From positions 12,740,633 through 12,804,632 of the forward strand of contig OZ037769.1 of assembly GCA_964035545.1 (NCBI GenBank): 64,000 nucleotides of DNA. The letters are read 5' to 3'. The DNA is from Bugula neritina. Lineage: Eukaryota; Animalia; Bryozoa. Shown here piece by piece: positions 13,001 through 25,300 of this stretch (within the stretch, counting starts at the first letter, position 1; every line of letters starts with the position of its first letter). Below the pieces are notes generated by a model. That model searched no databases. It was given only the letters and a program-made list of their open reading frames with translations, and was not told the DNA's origin. The translations under genes were made by a program, and so were the position numbers.

Positions 13001-14622
13001 GAAGTATCTGGACACACCTCCAGCTCTGTCCAATAAAACACTTTGTATATGTAATATGACGTCTATATAACCAGCTTCATCATGTCACGGTGACGTTATA
13101 TAATATAAACCATACATTATACTTTGTTTATAAATATGCAGCTTTTATGTTTACATTACAAAGTAGTCATGCATAAAACACTACTAACGAATCTTTAAAA
13201 CTGTTTGAACATTCCAAAAGCATAAAAAGCCTTTGTCGCATTATGCTAATATACAAACAACAAGCACACATTATTACAGCTTTAATTTGAGTTTAAAAGC
13301 TGTTAGCTACTATATTATTTTCTGTACTTTGTATGTATACACAGCTATTTTGGCTACCACAAAAAGCTAACTTTTAGAGTATTGTAATATAAACCCAGCA
13401 TACTTTATGTCATAATTTTCTTTTTCGTTCATGCAGTATTTGCATGGTGGTCAATACATCTTTATTGAAATGCAACAAATATTGGAAATGGGGAATATAT
13501 AAAAAGAATTTTGTTTTAAATTTAACTTCTGACGCATCACATATAAAATGTATTGTTAAGTTATTCACCTATATATCTTGGGTATCAGCTTAATACAACT
13601 TTGCAGGGTTGTATAAAAAGCTCACCTGTGAGAATCCCTGATGGAAAGAGTTTGCTTAAAGCGCCTAAGAACTTACTCATGTGACACAAGAGCAACTATG
13701 GCTGGATGCTCTTCCTACCATCACCAATGGCTGTTACTGGGGTTCGAACCCATGACTTCGTGTTTACTAGGCAAATGCTCTAACCTCTAGACCACGGTTA
13801 CTCCCTTCAGGATAGTATATGCTCAAGCATATTGCTTTTAAAATACATTTTGTGCATACATGTTTTAATAAACTCAGGATGATGGCTCCACTTGCTGATG
13901 ACTTGCTGCTAGGCTTAGTGACAGAGGTTAAATAAAGCTGGAATGATTGATAATTTCTATTTTTTGACTACTGCAGCACTCTGATTAATTATTAAGCTGG
14001 CTTTAATGTTTAAAACACAGGCTATACAAAACAAATGAATCTACTCTGCTGTAGAAATTGATAGTCAAACCTAGCGATAATTAGTGTCAGTTCTACTGCA
14101 GTGCCTCAACCACTGACAAACACATCAACTCAAAGAGCCTCATCTTGAGCTAATGCATGACATGTATATATATGCACAAAATCTATTATATAAAAACAAT
14201 ATGTTTGGACACACTACCCTGAAGTTGTTTTAGCTGATGTAAATAATATAATGCTCAAAAATGTAATGTGTCTGGGATTCCTGAAGCCCTTTCATTTATA
14301 AAATAAAAATACAGCTATAATAACTTGAGTTGACTTACATAATATTATATCTTATAGGTTGTTTTATTCCATAAGATTATGTCAATAAGTATCAAACAGA
14401 TGCTATATTATAATCACAGGTTTAAGAACTAAGCAAGTTATGCCAAAAAAGTTTTAAGGAACTTAAAACAGAGGCTTACCTAAATTCCGGAGTAGCATTA
14501 AGAAAAACCGCCACAAGTTGATGGAATCCCACGACTATGGTCGGCAGTCCAGCCAGAAAAAACTGAAACTTTTGGTATTTACCAAAACCTCCGATTGTTT
14601 CTAAGACTTTGTCTAGCTTCAT
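4087..14622 (-). CDS. SLC22-family organic cation transporter (MFS), 10 exons, 536 aa
   Basis: Exons 14622-14480, 11586-11397, 11028-10925, 10466-10312, 9414-9246, 8304-8092, 7935-7715, 6543-6353, 5757-5606, 4159-4087. All are GT-AG with matching phases, total 1611 nt. Motifs: [76 protein letters not shown]. Confidence 0.95.
4297..4592. repeat. Compound (CAGA/CA)n microsatellite in the last SLC22 intron
   Basis: Visible directly; explains the VCLS and RQTD ORFs. Confidence 0.95.
4593..5350. mobile_element. Non-autonomous DNA transposon (MITE) with ~40-bp TIRs
   Basis: Left TGGGGCTGCCACACTACAGTCGACACGTGACTGTGAACGC (4593-4632) versus the reverse complement of 5311-5350, TGGGGATGACAGACTACAGTCGAAACTCGACTGTGGACGC. 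Flanked on both sides by CA/CAGA repeat. Confidence 0.75.
6565..7085. repeat. Degenerate ~31-bp minisatellite (GCTATAGCAAGTGTATGATATAAGGTATAAT-like)
   Basis: Recurrent GCTATAGCAAG cores in SLC22 intron 7, decaying rightwards. Confidence 0.85.
7183..7526. mobile_element. MITE, PIF/Harbinger (Tourist)-like
   Basis: ~70-bp imperfect TIRs (GCCTAGGGCCACAT...GTAGCAAAGGAGTCCACTGT versus ACAGTGGACACCTTTGCTAC...GTAGCCCTAGGC). TTA on both sides (7180-7182, 7527-7529), the typical TSD of this superfamily. Confidence 0.8.
13625..13803 (-). mobile_element. tRNA-derived SINE, family 1
   Basis: GGTTCGAACCC B box, TGGTCTAGAGG A box and GGAAGAGCATCCAG core on the minus strand. Confidence 0.8.
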
Positions 14623-15099
14623 TATTACTAACTATTGATTTGGTCAGTAAAGCATGCAGGTGAGTAGTAGTCACTGCAGAAAATGAAGCCAGTAAATACT
14701 GGGTTATGCCTGCACAGGTTGATCAAGATATCACATGGGGGCATTAACCATTCAGTTTAAAAACTGTGAAAGGTTAAATGCACTTAGTTTGACCTTTGAG
14801 CATTTTGCAACCTGTCATATATCATGTTGATTTGAGGTGGCATGTATTTTAAGCTAGAGTTCAAAAAGTTAAAGTATGTAATGTTTATAAACATAATGCA
14901 TAATTTAGCAATAAAACATAAACAGTGAACCCTTGAGCTTTGGATTTTTCCACAGCCCACGTCATAAGAAAGAATGCAAGCTGGCTGCAACAGGATAATA
15001 CTTGATTTGCAAGAAATACATTCTACAGCTCTATAACTACTATACTAGGGCTTCTGCAGCGTTCTGTATCTATCACACAGTAGGAGAACTGTAGGCAAG

Positions 15100-15152
15100 C
15101 AGCTAGCAACAGCTAGATATAGCAGCAGCGGCAGCAGCAGCAGCAGCAGCAG
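15100..15152. repeat. Imperfect (CAG)n tract upstream of the SLC22 start
   Basis: agcagcagcggcagcagcagcagcagcagcag. Confidence 0.85.
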
Positions 15153-15449
15153 GAATAGAGTTACTTTCACTTCTTGTTTACACATGATTGACAATGAAAC
15201 TTTTCTTGTAGCCAAAGTCCCTTATAGATATTTGACTATCAAAGGTCAGCTAAACTAGATTTCACTTATAAAAGCCTGTAAAGCTCTATAATCATAATGT
15301 GGTATTTTTCAATTTCCAAATTATCAGCATTTTGCATATAAAATACAAATTATGCAAATATTCTTTTTTATGAGGGCAAAAAGATGAAAGTTTGAGATAT
15401 GTGATAGATATTGTTGAAAAGATTTTTACTGCCAATTAATATATTCATG

Positions 15450-18400
15450 CAGCAGCAAACCTATGAAACTATATTACTTGCATACAAATGATCATATTTC
15501 ATCTCTTTATTAAATTGCTGCAAATTAGTTAGATGCAAATATTCTATTTTCACATAATTTTCCTAATTAGAAACACTCTTTGACATCCACATTGGAAGAC
15601 CTAGCTTTATTACATGTTTAATCTAACAATCACTATAAAACAAAAAAAAATGTTGTAAATACATATATGTTACTTTAGTACATAGTTCCAATTTTAGTGC
15701 AAATGGTGGCATATTTAACCTATCAGAATTGCATAGAAACAATGGCAATGGTGACTATATAAATCTTTAAATGCGTTTTCCTTACTATGCAAACCTAAAA
15801 ACACAACTGCATGAGAAAAGTTAGGGTACAGTTACGCTCAACTAATCAAGATAATAAAGCTTAAAGCTGCTTGTAGAATATAATAGCTAGAGTACAATTT
15901 ATGCGTGCATTGATATATAAATATTCTTATTTACATATTGCAATAAATTCATCTAAAAAGATACATGGATGATATAAGCAAGCAAAAAATTAGAGGAATT
16001 ATTCAGCTATGAGCTCTAAACCATTCAAATTGGTTAAAAATGTATTTATTAAGATTCTGATCAAGTACAATATGCTCAATGTACTGTCACCAGCTAATGT
16101 ATATCCATTTACTCTGTTTCTATAGAACTGTTATTTGTTAATTTATTTCAGGATTGTTTTTGTATTTCATGTCTATTTTCACACTTTTTGTCAATCAGAG
16201 ATATTAGCTGTTAAGTTAGGTAAAAATAGAAGTTACTTTTATTCAAGGAGAGCAGTTGAAATATGAGTTTTACAAACAGAGCCAGTAGGTAATGGTAATA
16301 TATTGAGATGAACATCTTGTAAAGTAACAGCTGGTATGAATATTGAAAGTTGACCATGCAAGTAAAATATGAGATTTCTTGGCTTTTATTGTATATAAGT
16401 TATATATAATTTATTCTACATAACAATAAAATATCAGTAGAAATAATTTTCTGTTTATGCGCAGCAATAAGCTAATGTAGCTTGTCAACAGCTTTGCTTT
16501 AGTTTCATCTAAATGAGGGCATATTCAAACTCAATTACTGGGTTTATAATAAGTTATAATAAAACCAAAATGTATGCGTGGCAGCTTTTGTTTTGAGACG
16601 CTAAACTCAAAGCATTCTGCAGTTTTACATCTTCTAAAACTTAATTTTGACCTACTGCATTATATACAGCAGAATTTATCATTTTCTTGGAATATATAGG
16701 CTACATGCCCAAATTATTTTTTTATAGATATCAAAGACCAATTCCGTTTAAAAAAAACTCCTATATTTTACTTACAATTGATATAAAGATTTGTTTTATT
16801 TTATCATCCTTTAGCTATACTGCAGTATTTAAATTACCATGGTAATTTGAATAGTGGAAATTATCGTTTACTTTTCCTTGTTTTTATTATACATATATAC
16901 ATGCAATATAATACTGATTCAGTAAATTACAACTCAGTGTATTTGATCACAATAATTAACACTTATATTAAGATAACATCAGAGGGAGCAGCCTTAGTCT
17001 AGGGGTTAGAGCGTTTGCCTAATAAGCACAAATTCGTGGGTTCAAGCCCGAACAAAGGCCATTGGTGATGTTAGGAAGAGCATCCAGTCATAATTGCTCT
17101 TGCATGTGCCATTTCTGAATAAGTTCTTTGCCTGCAGGGACTTTCTTACTAGGATGGTGATTATAAGCTTACGTGAATCTTTATTAAAATTGTATGCTTA
17201 GCCCCATCTTAAAAAACTTATAACTGCTTCTATATAGAGTATAATAAAATACATTAAAAATGAATAATCTAACATAAAGCTTTGTAAATGTGTCTTTTCA
17301 AATTTATAAATTTATGAAAAAATGCTATATTATATACGGGTATAATATTGTATGAAATACAAAGTTTTGTATTTAACAAACCATAAACTGCATATGTGTT
17401 AAAACAGCTTGAAATAAGCGGTTTTTTTATGAAAATAAGGGTGTATTCAGCTTGTTCAAACTTATTTACGTTTGTGAGAAGTTATTATAGCACTGCTGTG
17501 AGCATAACAATTTAACAAAACAAAACAAACGCTTGCATGGTGCTTCGGTTTTGAGATGCAAAGCGCTATGCATAATAATTTTACATTCAGAAACTTACTA
17601 TTTAAAGAAACTGAATCATTGTACCAACACCACACTCCCAATTTGTGGTGCTTGCTTTCTGAAGCTCAAAATGGCAACCAAGAAGTTTTTAGTAAGTACA
17701 TTACTTTGTGTTGCAGTATATAAGTATATAAGTATATAAGTTTATATTTCTGCGGTTAGGCGTTTATATTTTTATTAAGCAGCTGTTGAAGTGGTTAAAG
17801 TCTTTGTTGACTGTATCTTTTTATTGAAACAGCAAATATTTTCATAACAGCGTTCTTAAAGTTCCTAACCTAATGAGCAAGCTATTATTTCATTTGGGTA
17901 AACCATTTTAACGATTTTCAATAGCCTATAAAACAGTTAGCTATATATTAGGTCATGATGCATTTTACGATATCTCTAGTTGTTAGCTTCTTTTATAGTC
18001 TATAGCTGCTAATTTATATGGTTTTTTCCCTAAAATAATGAAATATTAACAAATACAACTACATTATAAAAGTTTTTCTACTTTTGCTTCATTTTTATAA
18101 GTTTTCTTTCAACTTTTTCATAAATTGAGATATGAAGACTGTTATGACTTTTCTACTACGGTCTGTATGTATTTATTTAGGTTATATGGCAATGACAGTT
18201 CACTTAAATGTTGCAGATCGTCCTACCCGTCTCTTTTTGCTATACACATAGTTAGAATCAATACATAATGTCTTAGAGCTTTAAGGTTATAATTTGCTGA
18301 TGTATACTAAGGTAGTGACCCTATTCCTCAAAAGCAATTGTAACTTTTATCTACGTATATACATCTATCTGGGTTCTGCCAAATTAGTCAAAATATTAGC

Positions 18401-18880
18401 ATACTAAGTGTAGGTTCTTTTTCTGTTTTAGGTAATATGTTTGGTCATAGTTTTGGAAGTTTATTCAAGCCAGGCAGGCAAAGAAAAACCAAATTCTATG
18501 CCAGTTCACTCCAACATAAAGCAGAAGGGAGTTCCTCATCCTGAACCCCACAGTAATCCACATAACCCTCCCCATGTTCCAGTAGTAAATCATAAAGAGG
18601 CCAAACCAATCATAAAGCCAGTGCAAATCCTGCTCCTTCAAAACCGAAAGCATCTAAACCAAATTCTGCTCCAGAAAGAATAGCGATACCTTCAGAAACA
18701 CATGCTGATCGAATTCGTCAACTCTTTGCCCAGCTGGACACACCTTCGATTAAAGACCAACTCAAAACAGCTTTTAAACACTTCAAAACATTTAAAAACC
18801 AGGTCGCTACTGGACAAATTAATCAATGGGTATTGGCGACTCCATTAGATGTTGAAAAAAATTCGAATGGAAGACTTGAA
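15450..18880. repeat. Right arm of the inverted segmental duplication
   Basis: Reverse-complement partner of 1-3590. Probably extends further right, where the partner lies outside the window. Confidence 0.9.
16986..17177 (+). mobile_element. tRNA-derived SINE, family 1
   Basis: GAGCAGCCTTAGTCTAGGGGTTAGAGCG...GGGTTCAAGCCC...GGAAGAGCATCCAGTC. Positional counterpart of the 1641-1850 copy. Confidence 0.8.
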
Positions 18881-20076
18881 TTGAAATATAATGTTGACCC
18901 GGCAACCAATCTTTATAAAAATTACATAAAATCACAGTCCACAACTTGCTCAGCAACTTGTTTAGATAAATTGTCCGACCTGTTGACAAAAACGAAAGCT
19001 GATGCTCTGCTGAAAGATAATCTAGACATACACACAGAGATACAGATGCTGTACAGAGATGATGAAACCATTATAGACTCTAAGACCAACAAAAAAGTTT
19101 CAAATAATCTAATGAAAAACCCGGCTAACAAAGGAAAAGTTATTCTGATTTATTCTACTTACATTCCGTGTTCCCAGAACCAAAAGCCTATATATGGAGA
19201 CTCAATATATGTAGAATGTGCTGGTGAAATGGCTAACTTTATGGTCAGAAACAATGAAAATAACAACAGATTCATTGTAATGTATGAAGAGGAGCACAAA
19301 GCTAAGAAGACTGTAGTTCCTGTATCTCAATTGTATTTAGAGCTGGGAGGAATTCCTTGCTACAGATATGATAAAACATCCGATGCGCTGAATTTGGAAA
19401 CTCCTCTTCTAGGCTTTCCAAGAAATCAGTTTTTTCAAAAGCCAATTGCTATGCAATTTTCAAGGCCTCCTGTTAGTAAGAACCAAAATGATAAATATTC
19501 GGCTACTCAACTTCTTGTTGACTGCATAGCCCGAAACAATTTTTTGATGCCAAATACTATTAATCGAAAAGAAACAGAAATAGAATTTCAGATTGTCAAG
19601 TATTTTATGTACTTGAGCTATAACGATGAAATGGGCAAGGGTAATCTGCAAGCAATGTACAAAAGTATTAAACAGAAAATACAGAATAATGAAAAGCAAG
19701 AAGTTATCCTAAAAGCATGCTTTGAATTCTCAAAAGCTATCGCAGCAGATGATATTAAAAAGAAAAACTGCCAACTCGCACCTTTTCGATATTATATTTA
19801 TTCAATGGTAACAAAGATGTTAATAATGAAATGCCAAGGTTCAGTACTCCCACAGAACAGACCTACTGCAAAGATTGTCTAAAAGCAACAAATTCTTTTT
19901 TTAAAAAAGAAAACCAAGAGTTTAACAACAAGGCATGTAAAGCAGTATTCGTAGTTCAACAAAAGCCACCAAGAGGACAAGATAGACAGAGAGGAGGAAA
20001 AAGAAAACCGTTCAACCAAGGAGGGCGGCATCAAAGTTATAATAATAATTACCGTAATGGTCGCCGCAGATACTGA
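17671..20076 (+). pseudogene. Secreted putative Zn-dependent (AID/APOBEC-like) deaminase, right copy; two apparent -1 frameshifts (pseudogene or assembly error); ~555 aa if corrected
   Basis: Exon 1 17671-17691 (MATKKFL, GTAAGT) plus exon 2 from 18432 (VICLVIVLEVYSSQA) forms a signal peptide. A Pro/His/Lys-rich linker follows, then HTE (19031-19039), VILIYSTYIPC (PC at 19166-19171) and ECAGEMANF (C at 19217). Frame breaks lie near 18626 (shown by the left copy) and near 19790 (inferred). Ends in a basic RG-rich tail at 20076. Confidence 0.7.
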
Positions 20077-21636
20077 AGTACCACATTATTTTTTAACTCT
20101 GCAATTATAATAAATTTGTTAAATTGATAACAAAATCTAAAATATCTTGTAAGCTAAACACACACTTGGTAATAATTATTTATAATGATTCATTATTTGC
20201 ATGTGTTTCTTTGACTATAAAATTTGATAAATTGATTTAAATCTCATTATTCATGTAATAAACTTATAAAAATGCTTCAATAACTCATTTATTTGAAAAT
20301 TCATTCAAATGCATGATGAGGTACCAAATATTACAAAGTAGAAGAAATAGATATCATGCATACCAAATTATTGCTAAACTATATATAGGTAATAGAAAGA
20401 TTGGCGCTTCTTCTATATGAAAAGCTATAACAGCAACTAAAAATAATTACTTTACTAATCACAGATATTTTACAGGTAAAATATATTACATCAAACAGCC
20501 TGCTTATGAAAATTTTAATAAAATGACCAAAAAAAAAGCTTTTTTTATTAATAAGTTCTAATTATAAGAACCGGTAAATAGTTTAAATATGTATATAACA
20601 GGACTGTTTCTAGGACAAACCTCTTAACGAGGAGGGAGGGAGGGGGTGGCACAACAGTCATAGGGGTACAAAAAGCCGGGCAAATTGTGAGAAAATATAT
20701 TGACTTACAGTTGTGATTTCCTAATAAAAAGGTAATGACATAATTATTCAGCCATTGTAGTTTCAACGCTTGTGAAGCATACATGTTGAGGAGGAGGGTC
20801 AAAAACTGTTTTTATCTACTTTTTGCAAAAGTTTTAAGATGTCGTTAAAGCTTTATAACTTTTTACACTCAAAGGTAACAAGCCTAGATTTTATTGATAT
20901 TGTTGCCATTACTTGTCTTTACATCGCTTAACTAGTACAATTGCAAACTCTAATTAATAAATTTTCCTTGAGCCACATTTATTTTCAACTTGGCTACAGG
21001 AGGCACAATGGGCCACCTGATCATTGCACCCTGATTACTGTTATTAGTCTGTTTGCCCAAAACATTAGTTGAAATGTTAGTAAAATTTATAGATAAAGCC
21101 ATGTGTGACCTTTTTGTAAAATATCAAAGACATCATGGTAAGACTACCAAACTACAAAGTTAAGCAGATCCAATATATACATCTGGTGAGGTTATAGCTT
21201 TTCCATTTCATACATCACACAAAACACTCTGCTGTTGTTACTAGTGAATAGTCATGATATTCATTATACATTATATCATTGAGGGAATATATATATGTAT
21301 TCGACTAAAATACATTGTGATTTGCTCATTTCCTCCCCCCTTCCCTTTCCGTACTCTAGTCGCTAACCTCAGCCATGCACCTTAGCTACAGTTAATAGGA
21401 AAAAATCCGTACTCAAAATTTTGTAGTACATGTTACTAAAGTTTTTTTTCTGATGAGAGTTCCTGTAAAGTGGAAATAGAAAAAACTATTATTAGTTCCA
21501 AACAGTAATGATAATGACACCATAGAAATAAGTGATGTGCAGTTGATTTTGCCTCCCCCTGCTATGTCTGTGGAAGCACAAACTGTACAGCTAAAACATG
21601 ATGTTTGCTGTAGATCTGACAGATGCTGACAGTTTG

Positions 21637-21715
21637 CTGGCTATTCCAGATGCTTCCAGCCTCTACAGATGCTTCCAGCCCCACTGTAGGGGCTGGAAGC
21701 ATCTGGAATAGCCAG
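21637..21715. repeat. Short perfect inverted repeat with an internal duplication
   Basis: CTGGCTATTCCAGATGCTTCCAGCC ... GGCTGGAAGCATCTGGAATAGCCAG (25-bp arms), with a second CAGATGCTTCCAGCC between the arms. Confidence 0.9.
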
Positions 21716-21739
21716 GACATCAGCCCATCGAGTAAAGTG

Positions 21740-24700
21740 GTCTGTGAGCACCAATATCTAGTTGTTCCTTTTATGAGATGAAGGCATGGGGCCTACTCGG
21801 TCAACAGCTACCACCTGCCATGGCCTTCTGGCGTATAGCCGTTTCTGCCACACACTTTCCAACGGGAGGGGAGGTCATGCTTGCTGGCCAGGCAGAGTTT
21901 GCATTGTCTCTTCATGAGCTGCAAAACACACCTCATCCCTGGCTAGTACCACCAGAGTTATCACTTTTTGATCACTCGTGGGACTTTCATGTGAGCCTGC
22001 CTATGAGTGTCCCATATCAATTCGCGGTGGATGGGAAATGGGTAGACCAACCGCTCATGCTCGGGGTGGCCGGCCGTAGTAGCCAATGTGATAGTGAGCA
22101 GACCATTCTCATTGAACCACAGCATGTCTCATCAGCGACAGAATAGCTGAATCTCAGTATACCTCTGCCGCTGCTCTTCCTCGCTGGGTAGTCTTCCCTC
22201 CTTCTTGGCATTTATAAATGTTGGCCATTACCCTAGCTAGTGTTTTTTAGAGTTTGCGCAACTCATTGACATTTTTAGTCAGTACTGGGTTGGCACAGAA
22301 AGAGTTTGCAGTGTCCATACAAAAGCCAGTCGTAGATGTAACTGCCCACTGATTCAAGCTGTGCCTCGATGTTGGAGCGTGGGAGCCCCTTCTCTCCACT
22401 CCATGTTTGGCTGGCACTGTTTGCACTCTCCTTTAGGATGTCGGCTCAGCTCGTTTGTATTACCATGTTTCTTCCAGGGTCAGTGTTCAATCCGGCAGGA
22501 AAACTCCGCCAGGATTTCCAGCCACCACCCTACCTGAATGGAGGGTTCAGCTCTCTTGCACAGCCATTTCAACAAGGCATGATCTGTTTGAAAATGAAAA
22601 ATTCTCCTATACTGATATGACAAGAAGTGCTTGACTGCCTGGGGCTCCTAGCTTCCTGGTGGTACAATAATTCTTCTTGGCAGTGGAGAGAGCTTTGCTG
22701 TAGTGAGCGATAACTACCTATCGGCCATCCTGAACCTGTGACAGCGCTGCACCCACATTGTGCAGTATACAGAATGTATTTTTTAGTAGGATCACAGTAC
22801 ACCAAGATAGGTTCTTCTACCAGGCAACCCTTGAGGGGATCGGATGCCTGCTGTTCAGCATGGGTCCAACGCCAGTGGGCCCTCTTTACAGTTAGTCGGC
22901 TTAGCGGCTGTGTTTTCTGTGCAAAGTCTGGTATGTAATGCCGATAGTATTCTACCAGTCCCAGGAGAGCCAGTAATTTAGATAGATCCCAAGAAGTGAC
23001 CCCGTCTTTAACTGCTTGTACTTTTTTGGGGACGGTAGCTACCCTGTCACGGTCAACAACATGGCCCAGGTATTTTAGCTCCGGCTGTGACAAAGCGCAC
23101 TTGAAGGGTTTCAGTTTCAAACCGGCACCTCAAAGCCAATCGAAAATCACCTGCAGACCAGTGACATGCGTCATGAAGTCTGGGAAGAGTAAAATTATGT
23201 CATTGATGTAGATGAACAAGTTTTTCCAGTGTTGCCCACTAAGAACCTGCTTCATTAGTCTCTTAAAAGTGGCCAAGGCTGAAATCAATCTAAATGGTAA
23301 AACTTTCCAATTTCAGAGCCCATCACGCGAGATAAACATGGCTTTGCCCTGCGCATTAGGACTGAGAGGCACCTGACAGTACCCACTCACCAGGTCTGAA
23401 GTGCTAAAGTACTTGCTTCTGATCAGGTCACCCACTGATTCATCAAAATGGGGAAAAGAGTAAGTCTCCTGAATGGTCACACTGTTTAGTTTCCACTAAA
23501 CCACGCAAAATCTCCAGCTGCTATCTTTCTTCTGTACCAGCAAAACAGCTGAGCTCTATGCACTATGTGCTGCCTCTATTATGTAGCGGTCCAGAAGATC
23601 ACAGGCTTCCCGGCTTGCTTCCTTGCCTTTTTTTAGATCCAACTAGTGAGTGGGTTGCCGGATCAGGACCGTCCTAACAGCCAGGGCAATCTCATGACAG
23701 AAAGCCTTAGTCAGGCCCACATCCTGGTTTCATGTTGCTTGTACCGGCATCACAGGCACCCTTTTACAAGTCTGCGACGTGGTCTGAGACAGGTATCTTA
23801 CTTTTCAAGTTCGGTTCAAGCTGGGGGCCTCCGCCATCATACCCAGCAACAGCCCCACATGTCCTTTTTGCACAGAGTGGAACTTCTCCACCAAGGAACT
23901 AGCCGGCAGCTATACCGGCTTTTTGAAAGGGTTTACGCAATGCACAAGGATCTCTCCCTTTGCAGGTCCAGCTGATTAAGGCTATTTTCAAGTTAGATCT
24001 TTTCATCTTCCCCCTCCACAACTCATAGCTCAAAGATTTTCCTACAACTCACTCTGCAGTGAATTGTAGCTTGAGAGAACTGAGGGATCATGCAGCTTCT
24101 TACCAAAGGTTTGCCAAACTTGTTGACGCAAGCGAGCTGCTACCTGGCCATAACCACTGCCGACTTGCTAAAGTTGATATGGCATCTGTGCCGCACCAAG
24201 AACAGCATTCTTAAGATGGCGTTGTCCTTGAGCTGGCTGACAATAAATGTCTCAGGGATAACTTCATCTCGGACTCGTTCAGCCTGTTCAATGATGCCAT
24301 AAAAGGGAATACATGACTCATCTGCCAACATGCCATGCTCACCCGCGTACAGCTCTAGGCCTGCCTTGTCTCATGTGCTGAGTGTGTCAAACAGACGCCA
24401 GATTAAGAGGCTTGTAGTGCACCCTGAATTCAACAGAAAGGTAGCAGCTTTACTCGCTATTTTTCCAGGAAAAAATAGCTGCTACCATAGGGTTGAATGC
24501 TTTTGGCGTTGTTCATCTCTGAAAATAATACTCCTGAAGCTTTGAGTTTAAGCGAGGCCCAGAAGCTTACAAACAGACTATAAGTCTTGCTCCACCTCCT
24601 CATGAGACAACTTTTCCTGCAACCCATCAAACTGGTTCCTGAGTGGCTAAGTTGGCATAACAAGCAAGTAGTTTGGTTTGCCAACTCTCTGTGGAGCTTG

Positions 24701-25130
24701 CCATTCAGGAAGGGGTGCTTCGGATACCTGTGCGGCTGTGGATGGCTCCCCCATGGCTGGCAAATTTGACCACAGGCTGCAATAATTTACCTCTCTTTGT
24801 GTGTTGTGGGGAAAGTCCTTGTAAACATTTCTATCGCCGGTATCTTGGCGAACTCTGCCAGTCAAGACTGCGCAAGACTCAGGCTTTAAACTCCGTGTCT
24901 CTGCCTCAACCTGGTTAGAACTCACGTGGGGTTTATGTAGACTGTTAGCCTGGAAATAAACCTTGTCTTGCCTAAGTGCATCTTTGACTGTCGTGACTCC
25001 TGCCAGCAAGAACTGGTGGTGGAGCCGAGGTTGTTCAAAGACTGCACAAGTGCCTCAGAGGTATATCTCTCCCTGTTGGCTGTCAACAGTTTGCTGTATG
25101 TTATCTGCGTCAGCCACGTTACAGTAGCTT
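21740..25130 (-). mobile_element. Decayed Ty3/Gypsy LTR retrotransposon (gag-protease-RT-RNase H remnants)
   Basis: GC-richer block. Minus-strand remnants: protease-like FLLNSGCTT (~24430), RT KYFSTSDLVSGYCQV, LPFRLISALATFKRLM, YIND in place of YxDD (~23205), LKLKPFKC...YLGHVV, RNase H end WLEILAEF..IEH*PWKKHGNTNELSR (~22450). Many stops and frameshifts. No LTR pair or integrase core recognised. Confidence 0.9.
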
Positions 25131-25160
25131 CATGTTTCTGCAAAAATATTTTAAGAATCA

Positions 25161-25300
25161 TACAATGTTGCATTCTTGCCTAAATGGTGTGATGACTACA
25201 CACGATATAACAGCTTTAATGTAATTTAGGTTTCATGTCAGTAGTATAATTTTAAATATTATATATAAATGTTTCACGCAAAAATTCCAACCAAATACTT
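25161..25300 (-). pseudogene. Fragment of a third TRIM paralog (start of exon 2 plus end of intron 1)
   Basis: tacaatgttgcattcttgcctaaat..tgtgatgactacac...aaaattccaaccaaata matches 29883-30015 and 43135-43180. Abuts the Gypsy remnant. Confidence 0.75.
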
